NCBI GenBank assembly: GCA_001724265.1
Contig: MEDY01000009.1
Location: 124,001-188,000 of the forward strand
Direction of reading: 5' to 3'
Length of the DNA: 64,000 nt
Source of the DNA: Rhizaria sp. SCN 62-66
Taxonomy: Eukaryota
Part shown: positions 11,374-22,800 of the stretch, piece after piece
How the letters are laid out: each line of letters begins with the position of its first letter
How positions within the stretch are numbered: position 1 is the stretch's first letter
The notes under the pieces: generated by a model
What the model saw: only the letters and a program-made list of their open reading frames with translations
Databases searched by the model: none
Told to the model about the DNA's origin: nothing
Made by a program: the position numbers and the translations under genes

Positions 11374-13665
11374 ATGGCATCATCAAACCCGCACCCACTT
11401 CGGCAAGTAAGTACTGTTCAGTCACCAAGTATCTCTCGCCCTCCCACCCCTGCGTTGTCATCGCGTCACCAGTCTTTCCTACCGCCCACTTGCAGTCCGA
11501 CTTCGCTGGCGTTTGACGCGTTTCTCTTGTCATCAGCAGCGATCACCCCCATCCGTGCTCAAGCGCCACTTTCTACGCGCGCGCTGCAGGCACAGACTCC
11601 GCGTCACTTTCCTTCGCATAAAGGCAAGGAGAGACCTTCTTGCGTCACCTCGCTCACTTCAACTGTCTCAAGTGCTGGTGCGACTCAGAACATCGGCCCC
11701 GGGCACCGTCGCCAACGCTCTCTGCCTGCACACCTACTGCAGGCCCCCGACATCCGCAATGTCTCTACAGAGCCTGTTGCCCCCACTCTACTCTTGCAGC
11801 GCCGTTTACACGTGCAGAGTGTCACGCGGCACGTTCATGTCAGTCTTGACGCCGACACTGCCCACTTAAACAACGTCATGGGTTACGAGCATCGCGATCG
11901 TTGGGGACAACCGCGCCAGCACACTGCTGCAAATCACCCTAGCAACACCTGCGATGAACATACCCTTGCTATCCTGGCGCAGCTTCCGCCACTGCAACTG
12001 CGCTCTCTGCGTTCGTGCCCAGTCGCAACTTCGAGTGCCATCGCGGCTGCAACTGCGTTACCGTCGCCCAGCCTTGGCGTAAGTCCAGCAGAGTGCGCCG
12101 GCGAGCGCGGAACACGTGCTGGTCCTGCAAGAGAGTGGCTACGCAGATTTCGCGATGCTATGAGCGCGCTGCCTCCACTGCCTGAGATTCCCACAAATAC
12201 ACCAGTCAGCGCTGGAGCAGCTGAGCATGATCTCGACTGCAAGCTGACGCAACATAATACGCACAAAATTTCGGCGCTCGGCATTACTCCCGTCTCAATT
12301 CTAACATCAAAGGCTGACAGCGAGATAACCCCTTCGCACTGGTGCACGAACTTTGCTGCCAAGAACGCAGCGTATTGCTCCAGTGATGTCCGCAGTAATT
12401 GCGAGTCGGAGACAACAATGACAACAACAGTTGGCACGCGTGCCCCGCCGCCTACACCCGCTGGCTCAGCATCTGCATGCAATGATGTGCTCGACAAGGC
12501 TATTCCGTGGACATGTGTTGACCCTCTAGATACATTCTTTGTCAAGAAGTCCTCGATAACCAAGCCATACGTCGATGATCATAGCGATGGTCTCAGTGGA
12601 CTCAGCGATAGTTGTTACAGCGCTTCAAACAAATCATCACGGACGTTGCATGCAAAGAGTTACCACATCCGCAGTCTGCGCCCAACAACAACACCTGCAC
12701 CGTCTCCCGCGGGTAGCGCGGGTCAGTTGGAGACTGATTTTGAGCACAGTACTCGGGCTGTTGGAGATGCGTGGGTTGATCACACTTTCAGAACACTCGA
12801 CTTTCAAAAGGTCACTCTTTACAACGATATTTGTTACAGTGACTGCTGTGGCGATGAGTCAAGCGTTTACGGCACGGATAGTGACTTTGAGTACACGCCG
12901 CGAGATGTACTCAAGAGTTGCAAGGTGACCAGGACTCCCACATTTTTCCAGCCGCAACGTTCATCTAACACTGCTGCTGGTGATATGTCTTTGCCGGCTC
13001 GCCAGCTATCTACGGTACTTTCTGGCGACATTGCCGACACTGAGCATGGTGCGTTTGACCGTCATGGAAATTCACGTGTCTGCAATTGTCTCACTGAAAA
13101 CATCGCGTTCCGCTCGTTGCAGCGTCGACCCGAACGCGACTGCATCCGCGGTGAGCGTCGAAGCGAGGACTGCGGGCACAACCAGAGCGTGCGTGGCGAC
13201 TGCACATTTCCAGGATGTGACGGCACAAACCGCGATCATTCACGTGACTGTGTTGGCAACTGCGTGCGCGGTGACTGTAAGCCCACTATTGTCACGCATC
13301 GCACGTGTGGCTGCCACATTCCGGTGAAGTCGGCAACTGCAAGCGCGCAGCCACGTAGCGCGCACACACGCAGCACTGTTTCTGCTGCGTCACCAAATGT
13401 CTTCACTCTTACCGCCCCAGTTATGAGCGCTGAGCCTCGCAGATCACTACATGACATCACTGTGCCTCTTGTGCGACCCCCAGGACTACCTGCTGGTGGT
13501 GGACTGCCGCCATCGTCAGCATCACTTGCAGCCAGTGCAAGCGGAGGAAGCGTCGGCCAGCCGCGCCGCCGATCAGTGACAGCAAGTACAGATGCTGGTT
13601 TTGGGCCTGATGTCACGCCGTCAGAGGCGATCTCGAAGGTTTTTAGCCGCAAAGGTCATGATTAA
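11374..13665 (+). CDS. Hypothetical Ser/Thr-rich protein (up to 763 aa) with a Cys-rich segment; true start uncertain
   Basis: 763-codon stop-free ORF flanked by AT-rich DNA, TAA ending at 13665. Its GC/codon bias is weaker than in neighbouring genes. A GTAAGT at 11407 and a later ATG at 11878 leave the 5' structure uncertain. Confidence 0.65.
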   Translation: MASSNPHPLRQVSTVQSPSISRPPTPALSSRHQSFLPPTCSPTSLAFDAFLLSSAAITPIRAQAPLSTRALQAQTPRHFPSHKGKERPSCVTSLTSTVSSAGATQNIGPGHRRQRSLPAHLLQAPDIRNVSTEPVAPTLLLQRRLHVQSVTRHVHVSLDADTAHLNNVMGYEHRDRWGQPRQHTAANHPSNTCDEHTLAILAQLPPLQLRSLRSCPVATSSAIAAATALPSPSLGVSPAECAGERGTRAGPAREWLRRFRDAMSALPPLPEIPTNTPVSAGAAEHDLDCKLTQHNTHKISALGITPVSILTSKADSEITPSHWCTNFAAKNAAYCSSDVRSNCESETTMTTTVGTRAPPPTPAGSASACNDVLDKAIPWTCVDPLDTFFVKKSSITKPYVDDHSDGLSGLSDSCYSASNKSSRTLHAKSYHIRSLRPTTTPAPSPAGSAGQLETDFEHSTRAVGDAWVDHTFRTLDFQKVTLYNDICYSDCCGDESSVYGTDSDFEYTPRDVLKSCKVTRTPTFFQPQRSSNTAAGDMSLPARQLSTVLSGDIADTEHGAFDRHGNSRVCNCLTENIAFRSLQRRPERDCIRGERRSEDCGHNQSVRGDCTFPGCDGTNRDHSRDCVGNCVRGDCKPTIVTHRTCGCHIPVKSATASAQPRSAHTRSTVSAASPNVFTLTAPVMSAEPRRSLHDITVPLVRPPGLPAGGGLPPSSASLAASASGGSVGQPRRRSVTASTDAGFGPDVTPSEAISKVFSRKGHD

Positions 13666-13866
13666 GAGCAGTAAGTTTTGTTCAATGGCTGATGTTGTTT
13701 AAGGGAGAGAAAACATGCTGTATATCTTAAAATATTTTTTAAAAGTCTAAAGCAATGACTGTATAAAAGCTAAAAAAAGTTATGATGGGAAAATATGTAA
13801 TGTCGTTGAGATTCACTCAGCTCACGTATTCAGGCAATACATTAACACTGCTCAACAACTTTGGGT

Positions 13867-16800
13867 TTACTTGTTCTGCTCGCTCAGTTGAGTAGAGCTA
13901 TTGTTTGCATCGCTATCATCGTCGGTCATCGCACGTGCATTTGCAGCAGGAGCAGCGGGCAGGGTGAGCGGACGGAGAGGCGCGAGTGCAGCAGGCGCAC
14001 GCGGTGCCATCGGCATTAGCGGGGCAAGAGGCGCGAGTGATGAGCCGATGAAAGCACCAGAGGTTGTCAGCGAAGCACCGCTGCTTGCGAATATGTTCAT
14101 CGGTCCAACGGTTGACAGTGCATGGAGCACGCTACCCTCTGAGGACGACGTCGGTAAAATAATGGGCGGGCGCGTGGGCGTCGTACTAGACGCCGCTGCG
14201 GCAGCCTTGGCCCTAACAACATCATCGTAGGCAGAGTTCATGAGTCCGCTGACGGACGTCACCGCAGGCACGGGCAGTGCTGGTGTAGGCAGAGTGGCCG
14301 CAGCTGGCCTGCGCGCCGGGGTCGGCGCGGTCTGGCCAGCAGCGCCGACAGCAGCGGCCGCAGCCTTGGCCGCAGCAAGGACATCAGCAGCAGTAGTCAG
14401 TGTAGCTGTATAGGAACTCCGGACTGTGGCGAACCGGCCTGCACCCGTCGGACCCGAGGCTGCATCGGCCGAGTTTGCGCTTGTTGCCGCAGCGAGACGC
14501 GTTGGGCTGGAGCCAAAGCTTGCAGCGGCAAGAGCAGCGGCAGCCACGTCAGCTACGGTTGCGACAACTGGAGTGGGAGTCGATAAACCTGACGCAATCG
14601 CGGCGGCGGCAGCAGCGGCTGCAGCGGCGACTCCATCGATCGCCGCCTTCTTGGATGACTTGCCTGGCGCCACATTCCCAAAGGGAGTGTTCGCAACGGC
14701 AGCGGCGACCGCCGCAGCAGCAACGTCAGCTGCCATCGAGGTGTCCATCACACCGTATGTTGTGACAGCACCGGTGTCCAAGAAACTGTCACTCATTGCG
14801 CTTGCATTGTCGGCGGCCGCAGTCTTCTTGCCAGTCTTCGCTGTCTTGGCTGCCTTCCCCGGAACAACAGTGACACCACCATCACCCATTGCCTGCGCGC
14901 GCAACGCGAGCTCCGCCTTGGATGGCCGACCACGGCCACGCTTGACTGGTTGAAGTATGCCGTCGGGGCCCATCACCTGGGGCCTGCCCGGCGCCGCAGC
15001 CGCCGCAGTAGAAGCAGCTGTGGCGACAGGGGAGATTGATTGCTTCGCCTTTGTCTTCTTAGACGTTGTGGCCATCAGTAGAGCCACTGCAGCAGCGGCA
15101 GCTTCGGCGGCAGCAGCTTGCGCTGCGGCTGAGACAACCTTGCCGCGGTTGACCAGCGAGACATCGACCGCAGTGTCCTTGCGGACATAACCGCGTGACT
15201 TTGTGGTAGCAACGACATCGCTATCACTTTCGGTGTCACTGGTTTGACGGCCAGCGACGGCACGTTGCTTGCCCGAAGATTCAGTGCCGCGAGCCTTCTT
15301 GCCCTGCGGCTTCACAGCCACGATTGCTTTCTTATTAGCAACTCTCTTGGGAGTGTCGTCGTCAGTCTCGGTTTCGCTTTCTGTCTCAGACGAACTGATG
15401 ATGTCAACGTCGTACTTGCGAGCAGGCGTACCACGGTTGCGCGCGCTAGCGCGTCCACGTGACGTCGCACTGCTCCGATCGCTGTCGCTACCAGAGTAGT
15501 CAGGCTCGCTCTCGCCGCCACTCTCGTCGCTGTCGCCGTCACTACTCAGCTCACTCTCATCTTCCTCCTCTTCATCATCGTCGTCGTCGTCACCACGATG
15601 AGAGGAGGTGTGACGCTTCTTGCCGCCAGCCTTCTTTACTGACTTTGACTGTGACTTGGTCTTGGTCTTGGCCTTGGGGTTTGTCACAGCAGCGAGCTGA
15701 CTCGCCTGCTTCACTGCCTTGTTTGCGGCCTCAGAGACAATCTTCTGCAGTCGCCCGCGCGCCTTTTCTTGTTCATCTGCAGCCTTTTCGAGCGAACGAA
15801 GCTCACTCAGCACAAGTGCTTCTTCCGATGCGCCTTCGCCAACGCCTGTGAACACGCGCTTCTTCGGAGCACGCTTGACCTTCTTCGCCCCACTGTCACT
15901 CTCGCTTGAGTCGTCACATTCTTCCTGCTGCATGCGCCGCAACGCGGCCCTCTTCTCGTCGATCATCTTGTTCTTCTCGTCAATCTTAGCTTGGACCTCT
16001 GCAAACTCTCGGCGTAGTTCGCGCTCCTTTGCCTCAGCGGCCGCTGCCCAGATGTCTGCGAATTTGCCTTGCCGTTGGCGCTCTGCATCAGCGCGGGAGA
16101 GCTTCACGGCCTCCGCGCCAAGACCTACACCGTATTTGACAACAGATTGGCGTGAGCCCGAAAACTGCTGGACTCGATGACCGTCGTAGCTGTAAGTCTT
16201 GAGCCGAGCCAGCTCCTCGTCGCTGAGCCCGGCTCGCACAATTGCACGTGTTGAGCCAGTTGAAGCGGTGCCACCACTTGATGGAGTTTTGACATGCATC
16301 CGCCCAGCCAGGACACGGTTAACAATACTACGCGAGCCGCGGTTATGTGTGAAGCGACTGCGATTTGCCGAGCTAGATGTCCACGAAGCCTCAGCGGCAA
16401 TCCCACTAGCTTCCATGTCTTTCCAGTCAGTGGCGCCAGTACCAAACGTTCGCGACGTCAGGTGCGGCAAGATGTAGCCGCCGCTTAGACCTGCAAGAAG
16501 AGGCGCAAGCGCAACACCGCCCACCACAGATCCACATGCGCCAAGTGATGCTAAAACAGCCGCACAGGCTGCGGGAGACACACTGGGGCGGGTCAAGCCG
16601 CAGTTCCGACCCATAAACACGCTGACCGGCGCTTGCGTCGCAGTATGCGACCACGCGAGCGGCATCCCACCTGTTGTGACGGCGAGCAAGGGTGTGGCTG
16701 TGGGCGATGCGGGCAACAAGAAGAAGCGCGCGAGCCGCAGTGAATCGGCGTGGCCAGACACAGAAGCAGGCTGTTGTGACGATACCGTGACAGTGAGGGC

Positions 16801-19800
16801 GGCGAACTGCGTGCATGTCATGTGCGGGGCCACGGACGAGAGCATCAGCGGCGCAGGCAGAGGCGTGCGAGTCGAATAACGACCCCCGTCTTCGCTGACT
16901 TGAGTAGGGGCAAGCGCTGTCAGAAGCGAGTGCACGGCGGCGTCACACCAATCTGCGCTTGTCGCAAGTTTTGAACGCGGCGGACGCATTGCAGCAGGTT
17001 TTGCGATGCTCTCCGGCGTCGAGACAGCACGTTCAGCATCGCTGTTCGCAAGCCAATGGGTGGCCATTTGCGCAGCATGAGTGCCGTGTACCATGCTAAC
17101 GCGCGCAACAGTTCCGGGCGACAAGTGCAGACGCACTGCAAGCGCTCTGGGCACTGCTGCGTCACTTGCAGCCGTCGCATTGGCAGCTGCAGCGTCACCC
17201 ATCAGCGCCACTGTGACCGCGTTGACAGCGGCAGTCGCTGAAGGTGGCGGTACAAGCGCGAGCAGCGACATGATGCTGCGGGATCCATGGCACTCGCGTG
17301 GGTTCGCAAACATCGGCAACAAAGACACAACTGCTGCAATAGTAGCTGCGTACGAAGCTGTGACAGGTCGGTTACGTCCGTATGTCCGCTTATGGCTCAT
17401 CGATAGCGGCAGCGGTTCAGGCCCCGTAATAGGTGAGACGTATTTTTTGTTTTCGCTGTTGCGAGGTGCATTCGCAGATGAAGATGCCGAGGCTGACGCC
17501 ATCCTTGCCTTGGCCGCTGCGAGCAGCACAGGGCGGGGCCAGTACACTGCGGGGGGAGGGCGCAATGAAGGCATGAAGGTGACCTGTCCCATAAACCTGC
17601 ACAGGAACAACGTAAAAGACAGCGCGAAATGCGGCGTGAGCAGCGCAGACATATCAAACAGCGGGGGCATCAACGCGGCAAACGGGTGCATCAGCCGCGC
17701 CGTTTGTGCTGCCTGATACGATGGTGAGTGCAACAACGGTGATTGAGACGGTGTAAAGAGATACCGACCCTCGATCCGTCCTCCGCGCACAGTAGCACTC
17801 GGGAGGTTAACCGCAGCGGCGGTTTCCGCAAGGCCGGCGAGCGCAATACCCTCGTCAGCCATCGAAGCGACATCAATGCAATAGCGTCCGCTCTGCACAG
17901 AGTCGTTGATGAAATAAAGCAGTACCCTCACAATGTCATCACTGTGTGCAGCTGACGCGGCGGCAGATACGCGGCCACCTGCAGCCTTGTTTTCGTCGCT
18001 CAGAAATTCACCGATGTTTATGTCCGACTGTTTCGTCATACGGTGAGGAGCACGAACAGTCTTAGAGGAACCCACCGACGCATACACGGACGGTGCAGTG
18101 GGTGCGTACACAGAAGCGACAGCAGGTGCAAGTCCAAAGACGTAGCACGGGTCGACAGAAATGCCGCTGAGAACAGCCGACATAGCGTCCTTTGAAAAAC
18201 TGTCAGGCACACCAGCAGCCATCAGTTTCGCTGACACATGCTGGCTCGCAATCCGCCATACTGTAGTGTTGACTTCGAGCGCACGGCGTGACATGTAGTT
18301 GGCTGCCTCGCGCGTCGGCGGCGGCAAACTGGTCCGGGGATCAGCGTAGTCACGCTCAAATTGGGTCACGACGTCCAAATGATCGAAGTTGCCATACGTG
18401 TAGTGGAGCGTTGTTTTAACGTCACTGGGAGTATGTGCCTGGCAGGCGCGGTCCAACGCAATCAGCTGCGAGTGCTGACGAGCGAGCGGGAGAATCGAAC
18501 GGCGCGGTGAGGGCACTGGTTGCCGCGCTTGAGATTCACGCGCGTCAGCCTGACTGTTAAGCAAAATATCAGCATCTTCGCGATTCATTGCACACAACCA
18601 CTCCAGGTATCCAGCAACTGCAAACGAGCCGGGAAGTGGCTGACGCATGCTGTTGATGGCCAGCGACTCAAACGACGCGGTCACCATCGCATGCGGCAGG
18701 ACGTGGGCCGGCAGCGGTGTCATAAATGCAACAGCGGAGATCTCTGTCATGCCAGCATAGCCGCCATGATAGAGCCGACGCAGACGGCGCGCGGTGCGGC
18801 CAGCGGCAAAACGAAGGGGCGCGCGATCGAATGCTGCACTCGCTAACGTCGCAGATGCTAAATGCATCTCCAGCGGTAAGCCGTTCGGTGATTGAACAGG
18901 AAGGACTGTGCGCGGCGCAATCGCTCCATTCGCACCAGAGGTAGTTGAGCCCGTAGAGGGCATATCCGAACTACTCGTACGTGAAACGTCAAGGAGAGTC
19001 TTGTCGAACTTGGGAATTTGACTGACGCAACCTTGAACACGATTACGCACGCGCAGTGCAGCAGAGGTTAATGCAGTGGCAGCTGCGCCGTTGCTGTACG
19101 CGTCAATTTCATCGTCATCCGTGGACGACTCTTCAAGGGTTGACCGATACACATTATCACGGACCTTCTTTGCCGTCAGATCGGCAGAGACTTGCTGGAA
19201 GTTTCGTCCCTGGATTACATCCGCCTTATTGGAGCTGAGGCAGCGCGAAAACGGGTAATCCTGTGGCGCCTTCTTCAATTGATCAGGGAAATGTGAGGAA
19301 CGGGGGAAAAAAGGACCCTTAAGTGCGTATTCATTCTCACGCTCAATAGTCGCGCTGATGTCTTTCTCCTCCTCTTTCATGCTTGCTGAACGCGCTGCAG
19401 CAGCAGTTGCGGAAGCTGCAGACGCAGCAGTTGCAGCAGCAGTGACAACGTTCCAGAATTGCGTGCGGTGCGGCGCGAGAGACATATCACATCGAAGCTC
19501 GTCCTCACCGTGAAGACCCGCAGCAGCGTGTGAGCGCACGATGTTGAGATGCTCGTGCATCGGGCTAAAGCGGCTATTGCTCAACGGCAGTCCGATGGAA
19601 GCTGGTGTTGTAAGACCAGCGGCCTCAGCGAGCGTTGGCGTTCCAACGCTGAGCCAGCGAGCAGGACGCACAAACACGCGCGACGGCGGCACAGCAGCAA
19701 TGTCCGAGATGGCAATCTGACGATGATTTTCGTACAGGTTTGCTTGTACACTCTTGGTGCGTCCTGTGCGATCCACAATGACGGTGGTGTACGTGGCGGT

Positions 19801-22800
19801 GCGCGGACGAGAATGGGTCCCATTTGCAGACGATTCGTCGCCGTCGGAAGCGTCGTCTACGGCAGCGGTACCATCATAATTGTCAGCATTCACGCGCGTT
19901 GACGAAGAACGACTCGTAGAGGTACGCTGCCGAGTATTAACAGTTGAGTTCGTCATGCCAGGCAGCGGCCCAACAGAACCCATGGTCAACAGTGACGCCA
20001 ACTCTTCCCACCGGACCAGATGCAGTGCTGGAGCTACGGCAGCCGCATTGGCCATTGTGAACATCGGCAGCGCCATCGGCGCGTGGGCACACAAAGCGGA
20101 GTCAACGACAGCGAGGTGCTCTGCAGCTACACCAGCAGCAGCACGCGCAAAGGTTGCCGCATTCCGGGCGCTCACAGCAGCCGACTGCACTGCAGCGTCG
20201 TTGGGGAAGAGAAGCGTCGCGTTGGCAGCCTTCTCAGCAGCGGCTTCAGCAGCAGCAGAGAGCCCGCTCGCGGCGACCGCGGCCTGGTTGGTCCAGGGCG
20301 TGTATGCGGCAAGCTCACCAGGATAAGTCGCATGGAGGACCTTGGCGGCGCGTGTAGGCAGCTCAGTAGTGACTGTATTGATGCCATCATCGTCCATGAC
20401 AAACACCTCCAGCGCGCCGAGACGAACAAGTTCACCGATAGCTGCGCTGAGTTCGCTCAGTACGCCGTCGCCAAGTGCAGCAGCACCGGTCCAATCGCGC
20501 GCACCGGCAAGACCAGACGCGGGACGCACTGCGCCAGAGAAGAGCATCGGGACAGTCTGTCGGTCCAGAGGCAGACCCTTGCTCCGGTTCTTGCCCGCAA
20601 CGTTGCGTGAGTGCGGCTCACCGCCGAAGTCGTCATCAATTCCACCCTCAACACTACCGAGTTCACCAGTAAAAGACGATGCCTCGGATGTCAGGCCGTA
20701 CCTCAATGTGTCGCTTGTAGCGTCCTTGCCTTGCATGATGTCGCTTGCGTAGGCGTTGTACAGCACGTAGTCGCGCAGCACGTTGACTCCCAGCCCGCTC
20801 GCCCAAGGGCGCGGCGCGAGCGCAGGGCCTGTCGGTACGCCAGTCTCTAAGCCAGACTTCAAGGATACGGAGTCGTTGCCGAGAGGATACGAGAAAATTT
20901 CCTTGGCAGCATCAGTTGCATTTGCGGGCATGGACGCCGTACTCTGTGACAACGCACGTGACTTTAGCAGGCCCTGCATGCGCCACGTCTCCATCGCCGA
21001 AGTGCCAGTGGGACCCAGCGCAGTCAGCGCAAGATCAGCAATCGCGCTCCGCAGTGGCGGTGGGAGCGCGCGCAAAGGCACGTGGTACAGCATGTGCATT
21101 GGCACAGGAACAAGAGGCGGCGGGCGCACGCTGGCGTTCTTGTGCGGCGCACTCCGGACATTGTCCGAAGCAACAGTGGTGGGGATTAGACGACACTGCG
21201 GTGCCTGCGTTATCGTCGCAAGCGCACCGTACGTGGCGAGTTGACTGAGTGGCATCTCTGCAAGCACGTACGCAAGCGGGATCGGTGTCGCGCCCCACAC
21301 GCGTTCCGGAGCGCCGGGGGGTGCGGCGTCGCGCTGAAGCGCGGCGATCTTGCCCGCGAGTTCAGCGATATGCTCGAGCAACGCGACGGCCTTTTGCCCA
21401 GTGGTAACGTCAACCATCGCCGTTGTCGCAGGGGCCGGCGCCATCATGACTCCCAACGAGAATGGATGCGAGTTGCATGACTGAGCCTTGCGCGGCGCTC
21501 CAATACCGCCCATAATGCTCTCAAAGTCAGAGTTCGAGCTGATCGGCACTGTTGCAAACGCGAACGCAGGCGGGCCGCCAGCTGCTGATGGCGGCAGCGG
21601 CGGTGCCGGAAGGGCGAGTGTCTTGATAGGATCGACCGCAGTCATGGCCGCCAGGTGAGACTGCTGCGTGACGGTCGGCTGCAGCATGCTCGGAGAGCGG
21701 TGAGGCACCGGCAGCGCCATCGGTACGCCACCCCAGCGCGGGTCCACAGGGTCGGGCGGGAACACAACGGGAGACCGACGGCACAGGTGACCGGACACTG
21801 CCTTATTGAAGCTGTACAATGCCTGTGAAGCCGCCACGGGTAGCAGACGCAGCGGCGCCCAGTCGATGCGATAGCCATCGCGCAGCTTGGGCGCAAACAC
21901 GGCGGCCAAGCCCTCCTTGGGGGCAGCGGCAGTGAGCTGCGTTGCCGCCGGCGCGGGGACCCATGCGGAGATCGGAAGCGTGCGCGAAGGGGCGACTTGC
22001 CGGACAATCGGAGCGAGCGCGCGGGTGACGCCGGCACGTGGCGCAAGGACGCTGGCAGTAGGCGCGGAGGTCGCCATTGGGTCGACACGGCTGTCAAGAG
22101 CAACAAGACGTTTGGCTGTCCCAGGCGCAGGAGCAGGACGCGGGAATACCATAGCTGTGTCGAAAATACGCGGATAAAGCAAGGTTGCGACGTAGTTCGG
22201 TGATGGGGACTCAATTGCAGGATCCATTGGTTGCAGAAGAGTGCTTTCTGTGGCATAGCCAACACGTTTAGGCGCACGGATGTAACGTGCAGCGATGGCA
22301 ACATCAGCAGCACGTGAAAGAGAAAACGAACTGCCGATCGCGGCGGGATCAAAGGAAGGCAAACCGACTGGAGCAGAAGCAGGGGTAGGAGCAACGAAAA
22401 GAGACAGACCTGGGCCGGCGCTCTCGCTCTTGGCTGACTTTTCCGCAGCATCGGCCGCAGTCGACGCAAAAGCGACCGCAACTGCTGCGACAAACGCGGA
22501 GATTGTGCGCCGCCATGGGGCATCGTAAGAGAGAGCCGCCGTGTGTGCGACAGCAGCAGCGTTGTCAACGTTAGCGTCTGTGCGTGCGAGGAGAAGCTGT
22601 ACAAGTGCTGCAGAGGCTGCGTCAGCAGCGGCTGTGTGCGACACAGTCGATGTACTGTTGTGCATCACCGAGATCGTAAGTGCATCGCCGTCAGCCTCGT
22701 AGTCTTCGCGGAACTGGAAGCGCTCAAACATCTCATTGATCAAGTCGGCGGTTTTGCCAACGTCGACTTCAGGCGCAGCAGGAACAACACCCGTGTCAGA

